From Octopus vulgaris (taxonomy: Eukaryota), in assembly GCA_951406725.2 (NCBI GenBank), contig OX597814.1, positions 7,936,001-8,000,000 of the forward strand: 64,000 nt of DNA. Reading direction: 5' to 3'. The translations under genes and the position numbers were made by a program. The notes below the pieces were generated by a model. That model had not been told where the DNA came from. It did no database searches and saw only the letters and a list, made by a program, of their open reading frames with translations. Within the stretch, counting starts at the first letter, position 1. The number at the start of each line of letters is the position of its first letter. This document shows, one piece after another, positions 24,171-38,015 of the stretch.

Positions 24171-24525
24171 AACAGCAAAAGATTTGAAACTGAAACAATG
24201 GCTGCTAATTATGAATCAACAAAATTGTTGACTCTATGACATACATTCAGCCATTCTACATCATAAACCCCATCGCCTCCCTCATTTTACCGCACTCTAT
24301 TTAGGTTTCCATTGGTCCGTTCAAAATACTACACTCCGAGAATAATTTTCTCATCAAGCTTTAACAAAGTAAACAAAAATATAACTAGAAAATAACATAG
24401 AATTAGAATTTGAATCACCAGCGGGCTGCATGAAAATATTAAGTGGGCCGCAATGTGGCCCATGGTCGACAAGTTTTCCCACGAGAGTTCCAGAAACCAG
24501 TAATGAACTCATTTGCATACAGCCA

Positions 24526-27390
24526 ATCAGAGCTCACTTTGAAAATCCACATACTGTATATTACTGTACAGTCAGCAAGGCATAGAACAGTGTATGCCAC
24601 TCTGTGAGTACAGCATAGCAGGTCTCACATAAGCACCACATTCCACCCACCACCACCATCCTCATAGATCAATTCAGCATCCTCTCTATATAGAGCTTAA
24701 CATAACATACCTACACTCAGAATGTATAGACCTATTTATATATGCCAAGAGGGTGCACAATGACACAACGCCATATTGATTACGATGTTCCCACATCAAC
24801 ACCAACATTTTAAATTAGGAATGTACAAAATCAGTCAAAAAATTAGGAAACTACACTCATTTACATTTTCTAGTAAATTACACAAATTGGCAACACTTGC
24901 GAGCATCAGCGGTTAACAGATTGCGAAATTTTTTCCCACGACAGTTCCGGACCCCAGTTATGAACACATTTGCATACACCCAATCAGAGCTCAGCTATCA
25001 AAATAGTTTATAAGCACATAACAAGTGATGGCCGATAAGATAAGGTCACTTGGGCAAGGAACGACTGTTTCTTTTCTCTTTTAATAATGCTTGTTGTTCT
25101 GGTTCTTTTTCCAACCATGGCTGCCTCTGTAACTGTGTTGTTGTTTACTTTGTAAAACAGTAAGGGGGCAGATGCGCTAGCACATCCCCCTCTACCCACA
25201 TTTTCCCCATCCACATCTTTACCACATGGGACCCTAACAAAATCCAATAATAGGTATAGATGCAAATCTATCTAATTACTTGTCTCCTTCTCAAATCGGG
25301 CATAACTTGGCGATCGGTCGACTTAACACCACCGTTCTTTGACTCGAGTTTACTTGGTAGAGTATGTTTTGCCAAGAGATTGGTTGTTTTTAAAACATTC
25401 ATGAATGTTACGACAAGGCCAAGGTGAGCTCTGATTGGTTGTATGCAAATGAGTTCATTACTGGGTTCCAGAACTCTCAAGGAAAAAAACAAATTGCCTG
25501 CAGACCTCAGGTTGGACATCTCTAGTCTATGTGATCCCCCAAATGTTTTAATCTGCTAACATAGTCAAAATATTTTTATACGTACACAATAGTAATCACC
25601 TTTTACTGCCATCTTAGCATCAGTCTGTTATCTTATCAAATTAATTTTAAAGCAATATTTTAATTTACTTACATTTTGAGGGAGCTGACAGAAAGGAGGA
25701 GAGAATAAAGAAACAAGAAAAGAAACGAAAGAAAGAAAACATGTAAACAGAAACCCATGTGACATGTTACGGCCTTTTCACGCCACACCCAAGAAATCAA
25801 AATGAAAGTAATAAAATTAAGACAGAAAATGAATCGAAGTAAAAAAAGATGACGTAAAAATCTTTTTACAACCCAAATTCCGATAGAGCCGTGATCAACA
25901 CCTTCTGAAATGTATTTCTGGAAAATTTCACTTGGAAAAAAAAAAAAACACACACACCTCTTAAAATTCAGAGAAAACAAATCCATGAAGTTATAATGTA
26001 GAGAAAAGTATTGAAATCGATTTTGTAAAGTATTTGTAAAGCAATGGAGAGACGGGATTAAAGATATTAAATTAGGAAGATGTAAAACGAAGACTTACCT
26101 CGTCACAACTCTGAGCAAAAGTGAAACTTGAATCTTTATCTAATCGTTTTTAAGGTGTTGATTGGTTTAACAACAACTTTGTATGACATCAGTGTTTTTC
26201 CGAGAAAAAACACTTCCCCCTCTGCCCTCTTTTAACACAATTTACTTGTACGAACACTTTGTGATAAAAATTTATTATTATCTACAACAGACGACATAAA
26301 GAAACCTTTTCAAAAGAAGAAAAACCTGAAATAGTTTTTTTTTATATGAAAGGAAGGTGAATGTAGGTTAGAGAAGATTTCACTTTAATTTTTGACACCT
26401 CCAGAGACTTTATCTGGTTTTCTCCAATGGCATGTTTTTTCCACAGACCTTCAGTTTATGTGTACACATACACACGCACGGACTTAGCTTCGCTCACATA
26501 ATATTTATTTGGATCATATCATTGCAAAACCTGACTGCTGTAAGTGGTGAGTCTGGTGACCACACACACACACACACACACTACTTTACTGTTCAAACTG
26601 ACAGAAAGACATGCAAATAGGTCAGACACGATATTGAAGACAAGCAGTATAGCCCGGCTTTTTCTCGAGATTAAGTTTGGATTATTAAGCTAATCAAGCT
26701 CTTTATTTCAAAGCAAACTAGGTAACATCGACGTCAAATTTGAGTGAAATCCGTTGAAATTGGTAAACTTTTGGCTGAAATTTTGCAGACAATTTGATTG
26801 GGAAATCCCATAAGGAATCGGTTTATCGATATTTTTCCACTCATCGATTATTTTCTTTTCTTGAACAACTTAAAGCATTCAAAGATCCCATGAGTCCTAA
26901 ATAATGCTGGCATCAAGTTTGAACAAAATACAGCAAAATTAGTAGACGTTATGGTTGAAAATGGGGTGTAGCCAATTTTAGTGGGAAGTCCTATAAGGAA
27001 TCGATTTTTTTAATCCTGATTAAATGGAAAACCCCATAAGGAATCAGTTTATTGATTTTTCACCCCAAATAGGACTTTACCGAACATTGCTGATTCAAAA
27101 ACATCTATATTTATACTTTAAAATTGGTTTTCATACCCAACCCAGTTCTGCAGAATCAATGTCGCAACAGGAGCGCATGGGTTGGGAGTTTGATCAGCAG
27201 AGGTGATCAGGCTCCATATGCCAATCCTTTTGAAAACACCACCCCCATCATGTAACCCTACTTGCCAATGGGTTGGGAACCCTTCCAGCAAGGAAAATAG
27301 AATGCCCAAAAGGGCACCCGATCACTGTGTGAGAAGCGGTTAAGTTCAGATCATAACTAAGTATATATATATGGGCAACACAGACACACA
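24526..27390 (+). repeat. ~2.87-kb segmental duplication, copy 1 (copy 2 at 32900-35772)
   Basis: Almost base-for-base identical, with identical spurious ORFs in both copies. Confidence 0.95.
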
Positions 27391-28217
27391 GAAACACATA
27401 CGTACATACACCTATTGCATACATGTTTTTGCATACCTTTGCCCCTGCGCCTGTCCCACCACCACCTCCTACCCGAGTAATACCATCAATTGAAGCAAAT
27501 TGGCACCCGGACGTAAGTTTTGCAGGTGGAAGAGAGAAGCCTACCTTCTCCCGCAGAGATGTGAGAGTCAGATCTCTCCTTTCGAAAACATGAACAGCTT
27601 CGAAACATTGTTTACAAAATAATAGCTGATCGTTTGCGAAGGAGCGTGTCTACAGTCAACACATAAGTCTTTTGATCTGGTAACCTTTGCTATCTCCCAT
27701 GTTCATGCACGACCAGCTATATATCACTATGAGTAGAGCAACGTATATATATATATACAGGCAACACACACACACACACATTGCATACATGTGTTTTGTA
27801 CGCATACATGCTCATGCGTGTGTGTGTGAGTGGCTGAAGCCATTCACACATACATACATAACAAACCCTGTCTGTCAATCACTCACTAAAAAGACGAAAT
27901 TTTAAAAATCTGTTATCTCTCTCTCACTCCCTCTCCCTCCCTCTCTTTACACCGTCGCTAGAAGGGGACTTAACTCATATTTACAAATGATCGTGTATTT
28001 CTCCGACATGAAAATTGTATGAAGTTATGGCTCAAAATTATTTATCGCTCTTCGCGGGTGCCTCAGGGGAAAATAATTTGACGAAAATACAGCTACGATT
28101 GTGACGAATGTCCTCTTAAAATTTGAGCGACATGCATGCTAATTTGTGGATATGCATAAACTACATTCATGTACATGCACACATACACACACACATCCTG
28201 CCTTTTATATATACAGA
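26641..28217 (-). mobile_element. Non-autonomous Helitron inserted in an R4-like fragment
   Basis: 5' TCtgtatatataaaag; 3' ctcgag..gccggg hairpin region + atactg-CTTG. Removing it rejoins the R4 sequence gaaga|tttcagac at an A|T site with no TSD. Confidence 0.8.
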
Positions 28218-28955
28218 TTTTCAGACAAAATCTTGCCTCCTCGTTGATATAGCTGTCCCAATCGACATAGATGTGTCCGTCAAGAACTACTAAAAACTGA
28301 ATAACTATAAAGATCTTGAAATAGAAATTGGTAAAATGTGGAACCTGAAGACTAAAACAATACTTGTTATCATAGGTGCCCTGGGAATGATAGCGAAAGG
28401 GACTGATTGCTACCTAACTCAGATACCAGAAAACCCCAAAATGGCAGAAATTCAAAAGATAGTGCTCATGGGAACTGCCCATACCCTACATAAAATAGAA
28501 TCTATGTAACCCTCAAAACATTTTAACCGGCAAAAAGTCAAAATATTTTTAAATGTATATCTTAACAAACACCTTTCCCCGCCATCTTCGTATCAGACTA
28601 TCATCTTATAATGAAATTACTTTCGAAGCCATCTTTTAATTTACTTATGTTTTCAGGGAGCTGGAGGGGAGGTGGGGGAGCAATAAAGAGAAAAGTGGAG
28701 AAAGAAGGATAGAAAGAAAGAAAGAAAGAAGGAAAGGTAGAAAGAGAGAAAGGAAACATCTAAACAAAAACCCATGTGACATGTTACGGCCTTTTAACGC
28801 CGCACCCAAGAAATCAAAATGAAAGCAATAAAATTAAGACTGAAAATGAATTGCAGTAAAAAAAGATGACGTAACATGTAAATATATTTCCGTGATCAAC
28901 AAACATTACAGAGTAACCTTTTACTAAAGCGGCTTCAATTAATAGAAATAAATTA

Positions 28956-29012
<57 letters not shown>

Positions 29013-29199
29013 TTATTGTTATTATTATTATTCAGGTCACTGTCTGGAATCGAACTCAGAATCTTGGGGTTAGTAGCCCATGCTCTTAACCACTACGCCA
29101 CAATTGGAAATCTTGGATAAATAATTCCCATGTTTTCGATGATAACAAATTATTCCAATTTCACTAGAAAAAGAAAAAAACAAAAACACAGCGTTTCAA

Positions 29200-31110
29200 A
29201 CTTTAATTGTCTCCCCCACTCCTCCGCTGCCACATTTCTGTATGAATGCAGATATTGTATGTTGGGCGATCAATAAATTTCCGCACTATTACCATAGTTT
29301 CAGTTTCCTCCTCTCACACACCCTTCCAAACTCTACCACCAGTCTCCTCAGTTGCACTTCCAAATCCACATCATCAACAAACAACACCTGACTCACCTGC
29401 TATTTGTATCCATTGTCTCCCACCATTTGGGCTCCCTTACCAAAGGTTCTAGCATTTACCTCTCTCACCACACCATACATATATAAATTAAAAAGCCAAG
29501 GAGACATCCCCCAACCCTGCCTTAACCCCTACCTTCACATTAAACCACTCACTTCACCACCCACCCTAACGCATGCCCTACTTTCTCTATAAAAACTTTG
29601 GACATCTCTCAAGAATTTACTCCATAGAACCATCAACTCCATACAACTGCAACACCTGCCACATTGCATCCCTATTCACACGGTCACATATACTTTTTCT
29701 AGGTCCATAAAGGCCCAAACACCTCCTTTCCTTTTGCCAAAAACTTCTCACACATCTGCCTTACTGCAAATATTTGATCTGCACACCCCCTTTCACTCCT
29801 AAAACTGCACTGCTCCTCTCCTAGTACACTATCTGTTTCCTCACCCTTACAATCAGAATTCTCCCATACAGCTTACCAATCACACTCAACAGACTTATAC
29901 CCCACAAAATTTCCACATTCAGATTTGTCCCCTTTCCCCTTGTACAATGGCACTATACAGGCACTGCACCAGTCCTTTGGTACTCTTCCAGCCATATAAC
30001 AAACATAAGCTTCAATCACTGTCAGTCCGCCTTTTTTAGGCATTCCACTGTACACCCACCTATACCTGGCACCTTCTGGTTTGCCATCTCCTGCAAGGAT
30101 TCCCTCACCTCCTTTCCAATTGCATTCCCCAATAACAGGCATTCTCCTCTCTCCTCCTACAGCCACTATACTTGCCTTCCTAACATCCTCCACATTTAAC
30201 ATCTCCTTTGTACATCCTCACTTTCTTTCAACAAATTTCCATTTACATCCTTCACCCTTTTGTCTTTTCCTCCAACCACCTTTCTTATCCTCTCTACCTC
30301 TTTCCACAACATCTTTTTATTTCTTACAAAATTTTCACTCACCTCCCATTTTTCCACCCTCACCACTCTCTTTAGCAATCATAAGCCTCTTCATCTCCTT
30401 TCTGTAACCACTCTTTAAAAGCCCTTTTTTCTTTGCTGCTCATTCTACCACTTCCTTTCCTCACAACCATTCCAACCACTCGTGTACCACATACCTAAGA
30501 GGCACATCTCATTACTGCCTCTGTAAAAGCATCCAACTCCTCCTCCACATCTCCTACCTCCTGTTTCTTAACCTGTTCATATTCACCTCTCAGTTTCTCT
30601 ACACACTCCGGCTCCTTTTCTCTGCTATCCATTTCACTCACCTTCACAACCTGTCTCCAACTGTCACTCGTCTAGCATTCCATTTTGAATATACCTTCAA
30701 CTAGTTCTGTACTAAGAAGTGATCTGACACTCCTCCACTTTCACACATCAATACATGCCCATCCACCAACCTTCCTACCACTCTTTTATCAATTACTACA
30801 TAATCCATCCACTGTTCCTCCCTCTACCCACCACCACATGAACTTATTCTTCTCTCACTTTTTGAAAAACTATTCCCCACCACCATCTCCTGCTCCATAC
30901 ACATTTCCAACAACCTCCTTCCACTCTCATACCGACCAAAGAACTCCATCTTTTCCTACTCCATTTTCTACTTCCTCATTTCCAATTTGCGCATTCAAAT
31001 CACCCAACACCACCACATAACAACTTTTCCCCACCCTGTCTCCACACTCTGTCAGTTCCCTCCAGAACTCCTTTACTTCTTCCTCACTCCTTTCACTCCC
31101 TGGACCATAT
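29200..31110 (-). mobile_element. Decayed RTE-like LINE (EN/RT)
   Basis: VPKDWCSACIVPLYKGKGDKSECGN; GDLNA endonuclease remnant near 31000. Confidence 0.75.
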
Positions 31111-31119
31111 CTGTCAATT

Positions 31120-32885
31120 GCCTTTAATCCTCATTCTACTAACTCGTGTGTTTCTTTCCCTTGCTTCTTATCATTTAATAAATCTCTATACCATCTGCCG
31201 AGACTCTTTACTGGTTGTTCTTTCACCGTTGGTATGTCTTCACTTCCTATCCTGAATTTCACTTCTTGCCTTCCTTTCACGAAAGCCACGCTTCGAGATT
31301 TTTTGGCTTTGAATTTCATCCTTGCCCATCCTATCAGTTCGTCCAACCGCTCTAACGTTCCCTCTGCTGCTTCTCTACTTTCCGATAATATAGTTACGTA
31401 TCGTCCATAAAAGCCCTTAATGGTGTCTTTGTAACAGCTTTCTCACAGTTTGTAGATCTGAGTAACATTTCCATGACTAGCACGAATAAGCTGACTGATA
31501 TCGTGCATCCAGCTGCAATACCTATTTCAAGCCGTTGCCACTCCGTTGTGAACTTTCCTGCTGTAAATCTCATCCTCAGGTTGTCGTAGTACGACATGAG
31601 CATTCGTTGAACATCTTTCGGAATCCAAAAGAAGTCCATCGCTATTTTTATTATTGCGTGCGGAACAGATCCATAAGCATTGGCAAGATCTAGCCAAATA
31701 ATATACAGGTTTTCTTCAGTTGGTTTGCACAGGTGATAGCTTCCCAGATGGCAAATGCGTGTTCTATGCACCCAGGGATTCCTGCTTTTTGGATTGCTTC
31801 ATTAACGTACCCGTTATGCTGTACGAATCTTATGATTCATCTAGCAATTATTCCAAACATGATTTTCCCGTCAGTATTTAATAGTGAAATCGGTCTGAAT
31901 TGTCCTCGTGTTTTTGCCTCTTTTTCTTTAGGTAGATAGATACCTTCGGCTATACACCATCGCTCCACTACATCTTTCTCCTTCCACATTTCTCTTATCA
32001 GTGCAAACAGCTGCAATCGTAATTTCAGGCAATATTTATATACCTTTTAGCTCACTCCATCGTTCCTTGGTGCACTTTTTGCTCTTGCTTTCCTTATGAA
32101 CTCATCCATTTCTTTCCGTTTGATGTCACTCAAATCAAATGGTACTCTTGGTTCAGGTGGTTTCTTCAGTCCGTGCATTTCGGGGAGAACTTCATTTCTG
32201 TCAGAATCGCTGTATGTCTCTTTCAGATGCTGTTCGAGCTCTTCTTTCGTGCAATCCAATTTTCCGCTTTTACTTTCCGTAAATAGATGTTTCGCATATT
32301 GATAGGGATTGTTCACAAAGCTACGATAGTTTTTTCTCTCTCCTTTCTTCTGCTCCTCTTTCTTTTTTTTTCTTAGCAGATCTCGATGCCTCTTTTTTAT
32401 CTCTTCATATAGCTGCTTTAGCCCTTCTCTTTCCTCCCCCTTTGCATCCCTCCATCTGGTTCTGAGTTTTTTCTTCTCTTCTTGAATCTTTGCGGTCCGT
32501 CTTTCTCTCCTCGATGGTCCGTTCTTTGCTGTTGAGTCTACCTTCCCTGTTGTTTCCAGCCCAAATCTTTTCTCTCCCTCCTGGTAGATTGTATTAACCA
32601 GGTTTTCATGCTTTTGTTCGTCGTCGCCTTTGAATTTGGTGGTCATTCTTGCTACCTCGTCGTCAAATTTTTTATAACTCGCTGCATAATTTGCTTTCGG
32701 CCACTGGACCTTTGTCCTCTTCACATCTATCAGTCTTTTTGACTGTTCCAATTCAACTGTGGAATGAAACTCGCTAAGATTATTTTCCAGGGGGTTCTGG
32801 CCACACGTCTTATGGTTTATCAATCCGCATTGTTCAATTACTTTCTTCTGACACACATCTTCCCTTGGTGGATTCTCAGCCCGAT
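31120..32885 (-). mobile_element. Decayed Hero/NeSL-like RLE-group LINE (RT region)
   Basis: WLDLANAYGSVPH, GIAAGCTISVSLF, AFMDD, WARMKFKAKKSRS. Confidence 0.8.
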
Positions 32886-32899
32886 GTAACTAGCAAAAT

Positions 32900-35772
32900 A
32901 TCAGAGCTCACTTTGAAAATCCACACACTGTATATTACTGTACAGTCAGTAAGGCATAGAACAGTGTATGCCACTCTGTGAGTACAGCATAGCAGGTCTC
33001 ACATAAGCACCACATTCCACCCACCACCACCATCCTCATAGATCAATTCAGCATCCTCTCTATATAGAGCTTAACATAACATACCTACACTCAGAATGTA
33101 TGGACCTATTTATATATGCCAAGAGGGTGCACAATGACACAACGCCATATTGATTACGATGTTCTCACATCAACACCAACATTTTAAATTAGGAATGTAC
33201 AAAATCAGTCAAAAAATTAGGAAACTACACTCATTTACATTTTCTAGTAAATTACACAAATTGGCAACACTTGCGGGCATCAACTGTTAACAGATTGCGA
33301 AATTTTTTTCCCACGACAGTTCCGGACCCCAGTTATGAACACATTTGCATACACCCAATCAGAGCTCAGCTATCAAAATAGTTTATAAGCACATAACAAG
33401 TGATGGCCGATAAGATAAGGTCACTTGGGCAAGGAACGACTGTTTCTTTTCTCTTTTAATAATGCTTGTTGTTCTGGTTCTTTTTCCAACCATGGCTGCC
33501 TCTGTAACTGTGTTGTTGTTTACTTTGTAAAACAGTAAGGGGGCAGATGCGCTAGCACATCACCCTCTACCCACATTTTCCCCATCCACATCTTTACCAC
33601 ATGGGACCCTAACAAAATCCAATAATAGGTATAGATGCAAATCTATCTAATTACTTGTCTCCTTCTCAAATCGGGCATAACTTGGCGATCGGTCGACTTA
33701 ACAACTTAACACCACCGTTCTTAGACTCGAGTTTACTTGGTAGAGTATGTTTTGCCAAGAGATTGGTTGTTTTTAAAACATTCATGAATGTTACGACAAG
33801 GCCAAGGTGAGCTCTGATTGGTTGTATGCAAATGAGTTCATTACTGGGTTCCAGAACTCTCAAGGGAAAAAAACAAATTTGCCTGCAGACCTCAGGTTGG
33901 ACATCTCTAGTCTATGTGATCCCCCAAATGTTTTAATCTGCTAACATAGTCAAAATATTTTTATACGTAACAATAGTAATCACCTTTTACTGCCATCTTA
34001 GCATCAGTCTGTTATCTTATCAAATTAATTTTAAAGCAATATTTTAATTTACTTACATTTTGAGGGAGCTGACAGAAAGGAGGAGAGAATAAAGAAACAA
34101 GAAAAGAAACGAAAGAAAGAAAACATGTAAACAGAAACCCATGTGACATGTTACGGCCTTTTAACGCCACACCCAAGAAATCAAAATGAAAGTAATAAAA
34201 TTAAGACAGAAAATGAATCGAAGTAAAAAAAGATGACGTAAAAATCTTTTTGCAACCCAAATTCCGATAGAGCCGTGATCAACACCTTCTGAAATGTATT
34301 TCTGGAAAATTTCACTTGGAAAAAAAAAAACACACACACCTCTTAAAATTCAGAGAAAACAAATCCACGAAGTTATAATGTAGAGAAAAGTATTGAAATC
34401 GATTTTGTAAAATATTTGTAAAGCAATGGAGAGACGGGATTAAAGATATTAAATTAGGAAGATGTAAAACGAAGACTTACCTCGTCACAACTCTGAGCAA
34501 AAGTGAACTTGAATCTTTATCTAATCGTTTTTAAGCTGTCGATTGGTTTAACAACAACTTTGTATGACATCAGTGTTTTTCCGAGAAAAAACACTTCCCC
34601 CTCTGCCCTCTTTTAACACAATTTACTTGTACGAACACTTTGTGATAAAAATTTATTATTATCTACAACAGACGACATAAAGAAACCTTTTCAAAAGAAG
34701 AAAAACCTGAAATAGTTTTTTTTATATGAAAGGAAGGTGAATGTAGGTTAGAGAAGATTTCACTTTAATTTTTGACACCTCCAGAGACTTTATCTGGTTT
34801 TCTCCAATGGCATGTTTTTTCCACAGACCTTCAGTTTATGTGTACACATACACACGCACGGACTTAGCTTCGCTCACATAATATTTATTTGGATCATATC
34901 ATTGCAAAACCTGACTGCTGTAAGTGGTGAGTCTGGTGACCACACACACACACACACACACTACTTTACTGTTCAAACTGACAGAAAGACATGCAAATAG
35001 GTCAGACACGATATTGAAGACAAGCAGTATAGCCCGGCTTTTTCTCGAGATTAAGTTTGGATTATTAAGCTAATCAAGCTCTTTATTTCAAAGCAAACTA
35101 GGTAACATCGACGTCAAATTTGTGTGAAATCCGTTGAAATTGGTAAACTTTTGGCTGAAATTTTGCAGACAATTTGATTGGGAAATCCCATAAGGAATCG
35201 GTTTATCGATATTTTTCCACTCATCGATTATTTTCTTTTCTTGAACAACTTAAAGCATTCAAAGATCCCATGAGTCCTAAATAATGCTGGCATCAAGTTT
35301 GAACAAAATACAGCAAAATTAGTAGACGTTATGGTTGAAAATGGGGTGTAGCCAATTTTAGTGGGAAGTCCTATAAGGAATCGATTTTTTTTAATCCTGA
35401 TTAAATGGAAAACCCCATAAGGAATCAGTTTATTGATTTTTCACCCCAAATAGGACTTTACCGAACATTGCTGATTCAAAAAACATCTATATTTATACTT
35501 TAAAATTGGTTTTCATACCCAACCCAGTTCTGCAGAATCAATGTCGCAACAGGAGCGCATGGGTTGGGAGTTTGATCAGCAGAGGTGATCAGGCTCCATA
35601 TGCCAATCCTTTTGAAAACACCACCCCCATCATGTAACCCTACTTGCCAATGGGTTGGGAACCCTTCCAGCAAGGAAAATAGAATGCCCAAAAGGGCACC
35701 CGATCACTGTGTGAGAAGCGGTTAAGTTCAGATCACAACTAAGTATATATATATGGGCAACACAGACACACA
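32900..35772 (+). repeat. Segmental duplication copy 2 (Helitron truncated)
   Basis: Matches 24526-27390. Confidence 0.95.
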
Positions 35773-36406
35773 AAAACATCTTAGCATCAGTCTGTTATCT
35801 TATCAAATTAATTTTAAAGCAATATTTTAATTTACTTACATTTTGAGGGAGCTGACAGAAAGGAGGAGAGAATAAAGAAACAAGAAAAGAAACGAAAGAA
35901 AGAAAACATGTAAACAGAAACCCATGTGACATGTTACGGCCTTTTCACGCCACACCCAAGAAATCAAAATGAAAGTAATAAAATTAAGACATAAAATGAA
36001 TCGAAGTAAAAAAAGATGACGTAAAAATCTTTTTACAACCCAAATTCCGATAGAGCCGTGATCAACACCTTCTGAAATGTATTTCTGGAAAATTTCACTT
36101 GGAAAAAAAAGAAAAAAACACCTCTTAAAATTCAGAGAAAACAAATCCACGAAGTTATAATGTAGAGAAAAGTATTGAAAACGATTTTGTGAAGTATTTG
36201 TAAAGCAATGGAGAGACGGGATTAAAGAAATTAAATTAGGAAGATGTAAAACGAAGACTTACCTCGTCACAACTCTGAGCAAAAGTGAAACTTGAATCTT
36301 TATCTAATCGTTTTTAAGCTGTCGATTGGTTTAACAACAACTTTGTATGACATCAGTGTTTTTCCGAGAAAAAAACACTTCCCCCTCTGCCCTCTTTTAA
36401 CATAAT

Positions 36407-37744
36407 GGATCTTTTCTGTTTGATTGACGGAACAATTTGAAACTTCGTATACTGGTAGAATGTGTCAAAAGAAAACATTATTGTTAAACAAAATTGAAAA
36501 CAAAATTGTAATTCCTAACTCAAACGTTGTTTAATTTTACGAATTTTAACCAATGAAATCGCAGCATTCGAGCTCAAATTATTTACTGCGTCTAAAAACT
36601 CACACACACACGTCTTATTCATCCTTGTCTCTTCTTCTGTCTTCTGTCTTCTACATGTGCTAGAAATAACAGCTATATCTCTTAAATCGATGAATTTCGT
36701 CTCCCAATAAAAATATTAACGATATTTTTTGAATATTTTCTTTATTTTTTTTTACCGAAAAGGCTTCTCCCATGGTTTTGAAGGGCCAGAAACAACAAAA
36801 ACAAAACAATAATATGCCTAAATCGGTCTCGAGTTTTCGCGTGGAATGTGAGTAGTATTGTAAAAAATTTGCGAAATATTTTTTCATAAAAGTGTAACGA
36901 GAATGTGAATATCTTCTCTGCACTGTTTGGGGTGCAAGAAGCAATCACTTTCCGTTGCTTTAATAATCCAGAATTCTACCAGTCAAAGAAACCAAAACGC
37001 AGACGTAAAAAATAGATATACTTTATTGTTTTATACCGGTGAGAAATCAGTGGTATATCTGAGATCCTTGGTTCTGGGCGCGCAAGGCTGAAAGTTAATC
37101 GCTTGTAAGATTTACAATGTTCAGCCGCTAAAAACAGAACGGGTTAAAGATGGCCGCGGAATCTGAAGACGATGTTGTCTGCAACAATTTGGTAAAAAAC
37201 CTTCGGCCGACTGCTATCAAAGCTGGACAGAGAGAAATATACTGTCTGCTGGTATCAAAGGCCTTCTGCTGTCTCTGCTGTCTCTACTGGACGCTGATGG
37301 TCAAGGTTTTTGCGTTCCCTTGCCTCTTTTCTAAGGGTCGCTTTTCCTAGCCAATCAGCTAATTCCACGATAGCAATATTTCCTCTTGGTGATGAAAACA
37401 CGCGCGAATCAGAAAAGGGCGTTGCGCGCGCGCGCTGTTGTATAGCGTCACTACAAAAGGATGCCCCCAGCTTGTCGGAAGCTGTGATATAAATTGGGAA
37501 AAAAAATCCTCGACACCAGTGCGTTATTGGTACTTAATTTATCGACCCCGAAACGATGAAACATTGACCCCCCCCTTCTGGTTTATTTACCTTTTGTGCA
37601 AATTTGTTGCGGCAAGTGGCAAAACACGAACGTGTAATGTATGCTTGTGTGCGTATGTGTGTGTATGTATATGTCCGTTTGTATGTGTGTGTACGCTTAT
37701 ATATTAATTACTATGTGCTTGTGCAAATGTATATGCATGTGTTT

Positions 37745-37779
<35 letters not shown>

Positions 37780-38015
37780 TGTGTGTGTGTGTGTCGTGCG
37801 TCTGCTATATTTCTTTATCAATATCGATAACGCAGCAATGCTGGGATTTCATTGGTTAAAATTCGTAAAATTAAACTACGTTTAAGTTACGAATTACAAT
37901 TTTGTTTTCAATTTTGTTTAACAATAATGTTTTCTTTTGACACATTCCACCAGTATACGAAGTTTCAAATTTTTTAGTTAACTAGAAAATTCCGTCTATC
38001 AAACAGAAAAGAGCC
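36407..38015. mobile_element. Non-autonomous TIR element (~170-bp TIRs, GG..CC ends, 3-bp AAT TSD; PIF/Harbinger-group-like)
   Basis: 36407-36570 is inverted at about 37838-38015; the empty site acacaatttac is seen in the paralogous copies. Confidence 0.8.
36893..37455 (-). mobile_element. Solo LTR, 563 bp, TG..CA ends, 4-bp TSD AAAG
   Basis: Diverged reverse-complement relative of the LTRs at 44425 and 46670; aaag on both sides. Confidence 0.88.

Noticed and set aside
25008-27309. Short ORFs repeated identically at 33666-36150
   Set aside because: The identity comes from recent duplication; no protein motifs are present.
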